From assembly GCF_036321535.1 (NCBI RefSeq), contig NC_087438.1, forward strand, positions 310,001 through 372,000: 62,000 nt of DNA. The letters run 5' to 3'. A program made the translations under genes and the position numbers. This DNA is from Camelus dromedarius. Taxonomy: Eukaryota. Below, one piece after another: positions 50,171-62,000 of the stretch (the stretch's first letter is position 1; each line of letters opens with the position of its first letter). The notes beneath the pieces were generated by a model, which had not been told where the DNA came from, did no database searches, and was given only the letters and a program-made list of their open reading frames with translations.

Positions 50171-52409
50171 CGTTACTGACACGCAGTCAGCTCTACGCGC
50201 GTTCCCAAGGACACCTCAGCTGTGATCGCAGCCCCGGGGGCGGGGTGCCGAGCAGGCAGAGACCCTGACTTAAGGAGCAGTCCTCCGGGGCCGCCCGGGG
50301 CAGGCTCTGTTCCCCACCTCACAGCCCAGCCCGGGGCCCCAGGAGCTGCTGCTGTCCTCACCCTTACGAAGGGAAACGGAAGCACAGAGAGGCTGCTTGA
50401 CCATCTGGAGCCACACAGCCACACAGAGGCTGCGCAGGGACTCGGGCTCTGCCTGCCGTGCTCGCGTTGTCCACTGTCATGTTTTTATTTCCTCATTGCC
50501 AACTTGTTCCTCAAAGGACTCAGAGAGGCTTGAAATATTATTTGCAGACAACTGCTTGGGGCTCTCTCTGCGAATTCTCAGGGCCGAGGAAGACTGAGTG
50601 ATCCTGGCCTGAGCCTTCGCCCTAAAGCACTGGGGTCGGGTGGTGTCTGGGGTGGTGTCTGAGATGGCAGGGCTCCAGTGCCAGGGCCGAGGGCTGGGCT
50701 CTGTGCTGGCTGTGGCCCAGTGCCCTCGCAGCCTCGGCTGACGACGCGGGTTTGGCCCCAGCCTCCGTGAGCTCGGGAACATCACGAGGCCGGCTGTGAC
50801 GAGGACGTCTGATAGATGGCCTCTGAGCTGGTCCTGCCTCAGGCTCCTCAGTGTGGCTGAGCCGTGCCCTGCCCATCGCCGGACAGCGGGTGGACCCACC
50901 TCAGCACCGAGAGCCCCGTGTCTGCACGCTGCCTCCCTCTGCGGGATGAGGCCCTTGGACAAAGCTCAGGACCGTGAAAGGGCCGGCGGGGCTTTGTCTG
51001 CGTGAGAGCAACACAGAGCCAGCCGAGTGCGTGAGCAAACACCACAGTCTTCTGCCGTAACCCTTACCTTGGTGGGTTATCCTCCTCTGATAAGCTCTGC
51101 CTCGTTTTGAATTTCTTCCACTGTTTGTGTGTTTTAAGGCTTGATTCACACCTTTCTGCCCCACGCGGGCGGCCATGTGACACCAAGCATAAGGCATTCC
51201 CTTCTCTGCTTTTAATCCTTCAACTTCTGCTGATACTTAATATTTCCAAGTCCTGAGCCTTCACACGAGTATCATGCTCTCATTTGCTACAGAATTAAAT
51301 GCAGGGAGAACCTAAACAAAGCAATGCCTTGAGCACAGAAAGCTCCAGTGGGCCTCACCCTCCGTGCTCCTGCTGGGGCAGCCAGCCGTCTTGTGCCCCA
51401 GCCACCTGCGCAGGTGTGGAAGGGGTCACACCTCCAGGCATTTCGAAACAACGCTGAAGGAGCTGGGTGGAGGGTTGGGTCTGAGGAAGCCAAACATGCA
51501 TCATTTTATAATTGCGATTTTTTAGCAGATTTACAACCCGAAATCACTGTGTGAATTAGTGATATGAGCTTCCTGTTGAGATGACAGGCTGGTTTTTAAG
51601 GTAATTTTTCAAGGCATGGACAGAACTCATTTTGACTTTTTGTTGTTGAAGTCACAGATGGAAACGTAGGATGGAAGTCTGCTGTTTTCAGGTTGTGCGG
51701 AAAGCAAGCTGCACCACTAGTCAGCACCTCTCTGGCAGACTCTCTAGAGAAGCCACGATGACCTCCTGCCCCAGCTGGGGGGCAGCCCCAGCTCCTTCAG
51801 GCACGGCTGCATCCAGGCGCTTAAGTGATAAGTTCACGAGTCTGCCCCAGTCCATCTCTGGGCCGATTTCCTCTCTGTAGCCGTTGTTCTCAGGTGGGCT
51901 CTCCCAAGAGAAAGCAGACTGATCCCAGTTCCACAGTCCTAGTATAAACACTGCCTCTTTCCTAAGAGTCAGCAAGTCTTGATTCAGACTGGCACTCAAC
52001 CACCTTGAGTTGGGCCCTAACCCTGGTGCCCTAGGAAACGTGGATCGGCGAGCAGGAGAGGCAGCCCCAGAGGAAAACCCAAGTTTGGAAGTCAGAACAG
52101 GGAGGCTGCACGTGTCCAGCAATGGGTGAGACTGCCCCAGTGTGAGGGGGGACAGAAGAGCCTCTGAAGGGCCAGGAGGGGCGAGGCGGGCGGGGTCCCA
52201 GCTGGGAAGGAGGGACGCCTGGCTGGCAGGCGGTGGGCACTAGCTCAGTTTCAACAGGGCATGGCCGTCTTACATGTTGGGGAGGTCGTGCCGGCTGCCC
52301 CGGATTCACAGCATCAGAGTTGGTCCAGGGCACGGCTGCATTAACCATGTATGGGTGGGTAGGTGGTGGACGGATGAGGGAGGGGACGAGAGACAAGCGA
52401 AAGGGCTGG

Positions 52410-52620
52410 GCTCTGGGGATAAACAGATCTGGGCTTGAATCCTGGCTCTGCCACCTCATCGTTGTGACCCCCAGGCAGGGCTGCACCCCTCAATCTCAAT
52501 GAGGCAGGACCCCACACTGGGGCCCCACTTGGGGGTGAAGGCAGGTGCTCTGTCATTACCTGGCAGAGAGGTACCCACTGGGACTGGCACACCTGGATGC
52601 ACTGGAACAGTGTGGAACAA
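52410..52620 (+). mobile_element. MIR fragment
   Basis: acagatctgggcttgaatcctggctctgccac..tgtgacc. Confidence 0.6.
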
Positions 52621-53117
52621 CCAAAGCTCACTGTGCACCGTCAGCAGAAGAAACGCGTGTTACGCGCAGCCTTTTGCGTGAGGTGGGGGATGGGATAGAA
52701 ATGTGCGCGAGCGTTTGTTTACATTTGCATAAATAAATTCTGGACAGATGCACAGGGAAGTGACACACAGACTGTCCTGTGGGGGTGGAGCAGGGCTTAT
52801 GAGCAACCCTGAGCCTTCTGGGGCCAGAGCAGTTGCCAGGCAGGGCATCGGTGTAGACTGGTGGCTCAGGACCCCAGGAGATGCCTCACTGCATTAGAGC
52901 CACTTCTCTCCAGGACTTGCAGCCCGAGGTGCTCTGCCCCATGTCCTCCTGATTTCCACCCCGGGCGCCCTTTCTGCCCCAGGGGCCTGGCTGCTGCCTG
53001 CTCCCTCTTGCAGATCTCGGGCCAGCCCAGGGCCTCCCTGTGCCCTGCCCCGCATCCCGTCCTCTCACCAGGTGGAGAGCCCCGCCGGCCCACACAACAG
53101 GTAGCTCGTGGCCAACA

Positions 53118-53522
53118 CAGGCAGACCTCGCTTTACTGCACTTCAAGGACAGCTGAAGGTTTGTGGCAACCCTGTGTTGAGCAAGTCTCTCGGTGTCACC
53201 TTCCCAACAGCATTTGCTCACTTCCTGTCTCTGTGTCACATTTTGTTAATTCTCACAATATTTCAAAACCTCCACCAGCAAAAAGATTATGACTCACGGA
53301 AGGCTCAGAAGGTGGATAGCAATATTTTAGCGATAAAGCACCTTTGATTAAGGCATGTACATTTTTAAAGACAGAATGCTATCACACACTTAGCAGACGA
53401 CAGTGCGGAGTAACCCTAGCTTTCACGTGCACCGAGTTCCAGAAACTTCAGACTCTTCATTGTGATGCTCGCTTGGTTGCACTGGTCTGGAACCAAATCT
53501 GCAGGACTTCCAAGGTTGCCCG
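53118..53522 (+). mobile_element. Tigger1 internal-deletion derivative (Tigger1a-like MITE)
   Basis: TIR-like ends caggcagacctcg / caaggttgcccg. Tigger1 5' text gaaggtttgtggcaaccctg..tgtgtcacattttg is joined directly to 3' text ccaccagcaaaaagattatgactc. Confidence 0.85.
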
Positions 53523-54109
53523 TCTTGTGAAAGAAGAGGAAGTGTGATCTCACAGCTAACCGACCAGCACTGACCTCACTCAGCCCCAGGTCTGTGGAGA
53601 GTGGGGTTGAATGTTACGTGAACACTGTATGCTCAGGTGATTGGCCCAAGGTCAGGTCGTGGTGCAGCCAGTGTAAACCTCGGTGTTAGGTCTTTGCCGC
53701 TGCCTTCTGACGCCTCCTAATGGCAAGAGTTGTTTCTGTACACTTTGAAAAATTATTAGTTTTTTAGCAGAAACAGTAACTCAAATATCCTTAAGACATA
53801 CCATCAAATAGAAAATCTGCCACAGATACCACACTGTTTTCCAGGATGTGAAGATAAAGAGGTGACAAAGACAGTCTTTTCTGCGCCTGCTTAGTCATTG
53901 AGATGGTGCATGCGTCTAAACCCCATGTGCGTGCCCAGACGCAGGGCGTTCTGCATCTGTCGAGGGCGCCAGGTTACAGATTCAAGGGCTTCTGGTCACG
54001 AAAAAGCAGAGTGACTGCATGTGGCCCCGGGGACATGAGTTTGCTCCAAGAAGTGGCTGAGCGGTTGAGAGCAAAGTGCTGCGGGCAGGCTCTTAGCGCA
54101 GTGGTGGCA

Positions 54110-57100
54110 TGGGGATAAAACACCCGGTACCGAGGCATTTTATATTTTACGGATATTTTCTGTTTTCTTAAATTTGCTGAGACTTGCTTCACGGCCCCGT
54201 GTGTGAGCTACCCTGGAGAACGTTCTACGTGCCTTTGAAACGGACGTGTCGCCTGCTGCTTGCGGGTGGAACGCTCTGTACATGCCAGCGAGTGCCTCTG
54301 ATCAGCTGTGCCACTGAACGCCCACGTTCCCTGACTGACACTCTGTTCGGGCGACCTGTCCATTGATGCAGGTCGGGTGTTGACGTTCTAAAGTCCGTTT
54401 TGTCTGAGGTAAGTATTGGCACTCTGGCTTTCTTTTTATTTCCGTTTTCTTGGGGTACCTACCTTTTTTCATCTCCTCGCTTTCAATCTGTATGTGTCCC
54501 TAGATCTGAGCGGAGTCTCTTGTGGGCAGCATATATGCAGGTCTCGTTTTCGTATTGTATCCATTCGGCCACTCTGTGTCTTTTGATTGGATTATTTAGT
54601 CCATTTACATTTAAAGGAATCATTGATAAGTATGCAGCTATCGCCATTTTGTTAATCATTTTGAGGGCTATTTTTGTAGGTCTTTTTTCCCTTTCTTCTT
54701 CTTTCGTTCTCTTCCCTCGTGATTTGATGACTAGTTTTAGTGTTAGGTTGGGATTCCTCTCTCTATTTTGTGTATCTATTATAGGTTTTTCATTTGTGGT
54801 TACCATGAGGTTTTAATATAACAACCTGTATGTATGGAGTATTTTAGGTTACTGACCCCATAAGTTCAAATGCGTTTTCACAACCCTACGTTTTTACCCG
54901 CCCCCCCCCCCCCAGTTACTGATTGTGCTGTGTGTCCTCACCTGCTTACTGTGGATCTGGACGGTTTCACTGCTGCTGTTTTCACCCTTCCTCCTGGCTG
55001 CGCTCACAGCTGTGCGCCGCCTCCACTGCGTGCCCGCCTCGCTGGTGAGACTTAGCAGCTGTGCCGTGTCCTTTTCTCTTAGGGAAGTCCTTGCAGCAAT
55101 TTTTGTAAAGCTGGTTTGGTGGTGCTGAACTCTCAGCCTTTGCTTTTCTGCCAAACGTTCACTCTCTGCACCAAACCCGAATGAAAGCCTCGTCAGGCGA
55201 GTGCTGCTAGCCATGGGTCTGTCCCCGACATCACTGTGAGCCTGCCATGCCGCTTCCTTCTGCCCTGCAGAGTTCCTGCTGGAAAGTCAGCTGACGGCCT
55301 CCTGGGTCCTCTTGTGTGTAACCGGCTGCTTTCCCCTTGCTGCTTTTAACACTCTCTTTTTGTCTCTGATTTTTGCCACTGTAATTTCTGTGTGTCTCGG
55401 TGTGCTTCTGTTCGGGTTAATCCTGTGTGGGACTCCCTTTGCTTCCTGGACTGGGTGTCTGTTTCCATCCCTGGGCTGGGGACACCTTCTGTCGTCCGCT
55501 ATGTTCTCAGGCCGTCTCCCCCTCCCTTCCCCCTCTGGGGCCCCTCTAATGTGAATGTTAGCACACCTGCTGTTGTCCCAGAGGCCTCTTAAACCGTCCT
55601 CATTTCTCTTCGCTCTTTCCTTCTTCCTGCTCAGCGGCAGTGACTTCCACTACTCCGCCTCCCAGCTCACTGACCCGTTCTTGCGAACCGTCTGGTCCAC
55701 TGCCGACCCCACACAGGGCGCTTTTCACTTCAGTATTATATTCTATGCCTGTGAGGCTGTACTTCATATTTTCTAAATCTTTGTTAAAACTTCGAACTTC
55801 TCACTCGGCATCCGTGCTTCTCCCGAGTTCTTTGATCATCTTTACGACCACTGCCTTGAGCTCCTTCCCAGGTGGACTGCCTAGCCCCACTTCACTTAGC
55901 TCTTCTTCTAGGGTTTTACCTTATTCCTTCATTTGGAACGTGTTACTCTGTCCCCTCATTTTGCCTAATTTGCTGTTTTCATTTCCATGTATTTGGTAGG
56001 TTGCTTACATTTTCTGACCTTGGAGAAGTGGCCTTTTGTAGGAGATGTCCTGTGCTTCCCAGCTGCAGATTCCCCTCTGGTCACCAAAGCTGTATGCTCC
56101 AGGGGTGCCCCTAAGTGGGCTGTGCAGGTCCTTTTGCTGTGGTGGGCTGACCGCTATGGGTAGTCTTGTAGGCTTGGTTGGCCCCTAGTCCAGTTTGTTG
56201 CCAGGCCCTGACTTGTGCAGAGGCTGCTGGCCAGGCCAGGTCATGGGGCAGCTGACTAAGGAGCCCTGAGGGGTCCCCTGGAGCTAGTGCTGCCCACTGG
56301 TGGGCAGAGCCGGATGCTGGGGTGGATGTCTGGGAACCTGGGGATTTTAGATCTAGCATCGGCCTGCTGGTGGGTGAGTTCTGTTCCTGACATGGATGGC
56401 TGCAGGGTCCAGGGTGTCCCAAAGCTGGTCCTGGCCCTGGACCTGATGGGTGGGGCTGGATCCCAGAGTGGCTGTCTGAGGGGTCCAAGGGGCCTCAGAG
56501 CTGGTGTTGGCCAGCTGGTGGGCAGAGTGGTCCTGGGCTCTCTGGCTGCTGGGCCCTGGGAGTCCTGGGGTTGGTGTGTTGGCCCACTGGTGGTAGGGCT
56601 GGGGTTCAGGGGGTCCCAGGGCTGGTGCCTGACCACTGGTGGATGAGGCTGGTCCTGGGGCTAGCAAGAGTCCACTGGTGGGCAGGTTGGGTCTCAGAGC
56701 CTCTGGCTGCAGGGTCCAGGGCTCCCGAAGCTGGTGCTGGCCTGCTGGCTTCGGGGCTGGGGTCCACCAGCTGGCCCTAGTGCTGCTGCTGGCCTGCTGG
56801 TGGGTGGGGCTGTGTCCTGCCATCGTGGGTTGCAGGGCTGCAGTTGTCCTGGGGCTGGGGTCAGCCCACTGGTGGGTGGAGCTGGGCCCAGGGGTCTCTG
56901 GCTGGTGGGCCCTGAGGGTCCCAGGTCTAGTGCCTGCACACTAGTGTGTGGGACTGGGTCCTGGGCCCTCTGTCTGCAGGGCTGTGTCCAGAAGTGGCTG
57001 TGGGCCCTGAGGCTCAAGGCAGTCTGTCTGCTGGTTGGTGGGGCTGTGCCCCCACCAAGTTATTTGCTTGGCCTGCAGCGTCCCAGTCCAGGTGCCAACA

Positions 57101-57700
57101 GGCTGGTGGGCAGGGATGGGGCTGGGTCCTGAGGGAGGGCTCTGGAACGACACTTGTCGGCTCCAGCATCCACTTGGCAGAACGACCTCCCAGAAATGGC
57201 TGCCTCCAGTGTCTGTGTCCCCAGGGGGAGTCCCCGTGGCCTCTGTGTCTCTGGGAGGCACTCCAAGACCAGCAGGTGGGTCTGACCCAGGCTCCTGCCC
57301 TGGGCCCCGGAGCGTGTGAGATTTTGCATGAGCCCATTAAGAGTGGAGTCTATCTCCCTGAGCCCTCTGGGTCCCCAGAAAATTCTGAGGGTTCACCTTC
57401 CTGGCATAGGGGAGCCTCATGTGGGGCTCAGACCCCTCACCCCTTTAGGGGAACCTCTGCAGTCGTAATTATCCTCCCGTGTGCGGGTCGCCTGCCTGGG
57501 GTGTGGGCCCGACCTTCCCGCACTCTGCCCCTCCCAGACATCTCGCTGTGGCTCCGTCTTTATCTCTCTGGCGGTAGAAGGTCTTTTCTGCTAGATTCTC
57601 ATCTTCCTCATCAACAGTTGCTCTGTCAGAGGCCGTAACTCTGGTGTGCCCGTGGGAGGAGGTGAGCTCAGGCTCCTTCTCCGCCATCTTGGGCCCGCCT
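54110..57700 (-). mobile_element. L1 5' half: 5' end with YY1 motif, tandem-repeat 5' UTR, ORF1 remnant, ORF2 endonuclease start
   Basis: CCAAGATGGCGG at 57692-57681; ~70-bp monomers at 56250-57150; ORF1-like gtcagctgactttccagcaggaactctgcagg; ORF2 MAIAAYLSMIPLNVNGLNNPIKRHRVAEWI. Confidence 0.88.
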
Positions 57701-59419
57701 AGCACACTTGCACAGGCACGCATACATGTGAGTGCAGACACGCTCTCGTCCTGCCTGCGGTTCTGCTCCATCCGGGACACACTTGCTCTGACGCCTTTCT
57801 TTGTGTCCCTCCGCCTGCTTCCTGGGGGCGACCTCAGGTGATTGGTGCTGTGCACGGTGATAGCCACCTGCCAGGACAGTGCAGGGAACAGGTGAAAAGG
57901 GAGTGACTCCTTGGACACCACCCCACGGGCACTGACCAGAGGCAGCTGAGGAGAAAGCCACTCGCTGCCTGGCGTGGGGCTCGCTCACTTCTGCATGACC
58001 CTGATTTCAGCTTGTGTGCTTAACTGTCACTTTTGGAAAGAAGACGCAATTGGAGCAAAGTGTGACAAAACACCCTTAACAGCCACCGCTGGCGTCACGT
58101 GGGGCGCGGTTTCCAGTGCTGTGTGCGCGTTTGCCCAGGGCCTCCCATGGGGCTCTGCCAGCACGGAGGACACACGACACAGCGATGCGGAGCCACCGGG
58201 TCCTCCCTGCTGGTGCCACCTGCTCTGACCGCCTCACCTACCCCGGCCCCAAAGCCTTGGACCCTGCAACTTGCCCTGGACAGTAACTGGGCGTTGAAAC
58301 CCTCCTGGGATAAGCTGAGGTTCCAAGAGGAAAAGCTGAAGGAAGAGGACAGAGTTAAGACGCCCCGTCGCCGTCTGCTCAGAGCAGGCTCTCTTCATCC
58401 CATCGGGGCCTTTCCATCTTCCTCTGTCTTTATTTCTTCCCACCCAGGATAAGACTTCACCAGATTAACCAGACGTCGGGGAAAACGGACACAGACTCGT
58501 TTCTACAGCAACCAGCCCATGCAGCCACCTATCTCATTGTCCCCCTGGGACCAATGCCCTTGGGCGTTTGGAGCAAGGACCCCATGTCGGCGAGGCTTGC
58601 GTGGAACAGGGCTGTCATTTCTTTGCTGCAGGGCTTGTCGGACGTGCCCCGGGTGACCGGGAAGGAGCCCTGTGTGCAGCTCCTGGACCTCAATGACCTC
58701 GGAACCCACCCCGGCTGCCCTGTTGTTTTGAAGTTTCCTTGACGCCGTCCCTGCCGTTTTTGTAGACAGAGTGGAAAAACATCACCACTGTTCTGTGACC
58801 CATTTACATTAGAAATGCTGTGAAGTGTTTGTGGGTATTAGATTCTTAAATAATGGTGATGTTTTCGGTCTATAACCCTGAAATAAAAATGAGTGAGACA
58901 TCACTCCCACCCCCATCCATGAACGTCCCAGCCGTTTGCAGGGCAGGTGTGGGGGCTCATCTCTGGACACCTGACACCAGGGAGGAATGCGGCATGCAGA
59001 GGCCTGCGCTGTTCTTGGCACCACCTGGCACCCACAAGTCCCCTCACGAGGGGCCACCTCACAGGTCACGGCTCAGAAGATTCCTGCCAGCAGGAAGAGG
59101 GGGTAATTTGGCACGGCAGGCCTAAGCCTTCAGGAAGAGTGCCCAGAAGCAGAGGGCGGGCCCACACTTCTCAGCTACTCCTCAGGACACCAGGATACAG
59201 GCCCTGTTTTGAAGTCATGCCACCGCTTTGCAAGTCATCAGTAATGCGCTGGGAACATGCTGTTTTTCCTCTGAAGGAAGACAACTCATAATGAGAGAGG
59301 GAAATGGCGCCGTCCAGAGTTCAATCCCCGGCGCTCCATGGTCCACCCAAGCCATCTGTGGAGGAGTGTCAGTTCTGTGTTTCACCCTAAAAAGTAGCAG
59401 CTGTAAACAACGAGCCCTG

Positions 59420-59935
59420 TGAACTGGCTCCTGGGTGAAGATGCAGGGGTTTAGCTGGCTGGTCGGCCTCGAGGGCTCTCAGCTGGGGCTCGCCTGAGGC
59501 TGGAGGGTCTGCCTCCAAGTCCACACTCATGGCCGGCAAGAGGCACCAGCTCCTCTCCAGACCAGAGATCCACGAAGACACTCGGTGAGAGAACACTGTC
59601 CTCACCAGCCAGCTCGGAACCACATCCCTCTAAGGGAGGGTCCTCCTGCCTCTTGCGGGTTCTGGTGGTGCCGGAGCCCTTGGGCCTGTGGCAGCATCAC
59701 CCTGACCGCTGCCTCTGCCTTCACTTGCTTGTGTTCCTCTGTGCATGTCTGGTCCAAGCTTCCCTCTTCCTTCCAGGACACCGCTCACTGGCTTAGGGCC
59801 ACCTGATTCAGTAGGACTTCTTCTTGACTGAGTTGTACCTGCAAGGGCCCTACTTCCCAATAAAGTCACCTTCATGGGCCTGGGCTCAGCATCTGGACAC
59901 ATCTTTGGGGGACACACTTCGGCCCACGGCAGCGT
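59420..59935 (-). mobile_element. MLT1 (MaLR) LTR
   Basis: Minus strand gtgggccgaagtgtgtcccccaaagat..gtgactttattgggaagtagggcccttgcagg; plus strand ggagggtctgcctccaag..actcatggc. Confidence 0.7.
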
Positions 59936-60679
59936 GTGTTGTCTTCTGCTTAAACTGTGACGGTTCTCTTGCACCTGCACCTGGTGTGGCCTCTCCCAAA
60001 GTTCCAGAGGACAAACTGATGGCTCATGCTGATCAGAGAGGGCAACTTCCATCCTCCATCACGCATCTGCTGGACCTCTAGACCGATGGTCTGCTTCCCA
60101 CCGTGCCCAGCAAGAGGCCGGTGGCAGGGGCTCCACAGAGCATTTGCTGAGAAGGGAGCGTTTCTGTGAATTAGTCACTTTCATGACAGGAAGCAGTCAG
60201 AGAGGAGTGCCATGGTCCCCACAGGGGTGCATCAACTCAGGAGACTGGGGTTGCTCATCAGACTCCATGGAGACCAGAGATGTGGAGGGACATGTTGGAA
60301 ATACCAGGCCCAAAGGGCCATTGAGCCGAGTTGTCTGTCCCACAAAATCACTCTTCAGAAATGAAGGAAATAGAGACATTTGCCAGTGAAGAAGCACTAA
60401 GAGAGCTTGTGGCCAGCTTGTGCCTGCTTTAACGGGGATGCCACGGAGCCCTTCAGGCAGAGGACACGTCCCGGGAACTCGTGCTGCAGGAAGGAAGGAG
60501 GGAGGGCGGGAGGGCGGGGTAAGCTCAGTGCATGGTCCCTTCTCCGCACTCCGGCTTTTCTGTTTGTCCAGCATTGACAGGGCTGTGGGACGGGTTTTAT
60601 TTACTTGATGTTTGTCTGGGGTACCTTTTCCCATTCCTTTATTTATGACTTCCTACATCATTATATTTTAAATTGTAGA

Positions 60680-62000
60680 CAGCTTGTGTCTGTAAACTAA
60701 GGATGGCGGTTGGAAGCAGTAATTCTGATGCTGTGCGGTGGGATTTCAGTGCATACGGCTGTGATACGTGTGAGGCCAGAACAGAAAAGGGGAAGTGGGA
60801 GGGAGCTGTGTGGTGACAGACTCTCTCCATCCCACTCAAAATGGTAAAATATTAATTCTAGAAGATTGAACATCAGAAGGAAGTTAGTATGTGTATCGTA
60901 ATCCCTAGAGCGACCACTAAAGAAACTCTGTAAATGGATTTAGTTTAAAAACTAGAAAAACAACAACAACAGGTAAACCTAAATTACGAAGTACTAGAAA
61001 ATATTCCAATAATCCAAAAGAAGGCAGGGAAGGGGGAGAAGAGAAAAAACAGAGGCGACAGAGAACATGGAATAAAATGATGGCTCTAAATTCAAATGTT
61101 TCAATAGTTAAAATAAATGCAGATGATCTAAGAACGCAATGAAGACAGAAACTGTCAGACTGGATCTAACTGAAATTTGTAGAACGCTACACCAAGCGAC
61201 ATCAAAATACACACTCTTTTTAAGCACCAATGGAACACTCACCAAGATAGACAACAACATGCCTGACTAAACTTAAAATTAAAAAAAAACCCACAGTAAA
61301 ATTAAACTGGAAATCAATAACAAAATAATATCTGGAAGATTCCCCAAATACATGGAAATTAAACAAACACTTCTAGACCATCCACATGTCAGGGAGGATG
61401 TCTCAGGAAAATTGGAAGTTATTTGAACTGAGTGAAAATAAAGACATAACATATTAAAACTAAACAGTGTTTGGAGGGAAATGCATAGACCTAACTGCAT
61501 TAATATTAGTAAATGTAAATGGTATCAATCACTTAACTGATCTTTAAATAGAAAGAATAAAGAAAACATTAAAATGGAAGAAATTAGAAACTAACAGTGT
61601 AAGCGCCACCTGAGGAGTTAGAAGACGAAGCCCAAGTTAAACTGAAGGCAAGCAGAAGGTAGGACACAGCAAACGCAGGAGAGATCGACGCAACTAGAAC
61701 AGAGACGGTAAGGGAAAAATCAGTGAGACAAAGCTGGCGCCTGGGGAAGACCAATTAAACTGACAGACAGCTAACCAGACTGCTGAGGGGCAGAGGGGTA
61801 GAGGAGACACGCACTGCAGAGAGAGGAGGGAGCCCACGGACACCAAGGCACGGAGAGGATGCGAGGACCAGCATGGCGTGCTTGGGCACACGCACTCGAC
61901 AGCTTAGATGAAATGGCCGATTATCTGAAAGTCACAAACTACCAAAACTCATCCAAGAAGAAACAAACAACCCAGACAACCCTTCTTGTATGAAAGTAAT
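60680..62000 (+). mobile_element. Old L1 ORF2 remnant running off the window end
   Basis: taatccctagagcgaccactaaa; ggaacactcaccaagatagac; aattaaactggaaatcaataac; aacttagatgaaatgg-like; aaactaccaaaactca. Confidence 0.85.

Larger units (their letters stand above)
47790..58877 (-). pseudogene. Candidate decayed multi-exon gene or spliced lncRNA; putative exons 58877-58238, 53886-53802, 52030-~51540, 51286-51068, 50621-~50368, 48091-47790
   Basis: Non-TE islands bounded by polypyrimidine-AG acceptors and mostly good GT donors on one strand. Phases match across the first three segments. Frames are interrupted by stops or frameshifts, and no homologue was recognised. Confidence 0.35.

Noticed and set aside
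51531..51691. Plus-strand mini exon/intron (ttttagcag|..aag|gtaatt..ttttcag|)
   Set aside because: Stops in all three frames and no partner exons; the T-richness is better explained by the A-rich minus-strand segment.
56111..57638. Cluster of G/L/W/P-rich ORFs up to 230 aa
   Set aside because: Translations of L1 5' UTR tandem monomers.
59000..62000. Possible CEP72 first exon or promoter expected from synteny
   Set aside because: No CpG island or CEP72-like peptide seen; it presumably lies beyond the window.

Overview
GC-rich mammalian genomic DNA. It contains coding exon 1 of SLC9A3 (NHE3, Na+/H+ exchanger 3) on the minus strand (12302-12506), its CpG-island promoter with an ATTAAA TATA-like element and GC boxes, about 12 kb of intron 1, and about 49 kb of upstream DNA. 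The upstream DNA is rich in old transposable elements (L1, L2, MIR, MLT1, ERV1-type LTRs, a Tigger1 deletion derivative). Repeat content tentatively suggests a cetartiodactyl, possibly a camelid. No other intact protein-coding gene, RNA gene or CRISPR array was recognised, and nearly all listed ORFs look like GC-content or repeat artefacts. The most interesting signals are: (1) a chain of minus-strand exon-like segments with good splice sites and partly matching phases at 47.8-58.9 kb, a candidate decayed gene or spliced lncRNA; (2) a minisatellite with 9 perfect GLI consensus sites; (3) an in-frame 7-codon uORF just ahead of the NHE3 start codon; (4) old L1 fragments converted into CpG-rich patches, consistent with GC-biased gene conversion; (5) a recent ~380-bp duplication in intron 1. 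Repeat family names and boundaries come from recognition by eye and are approximate.
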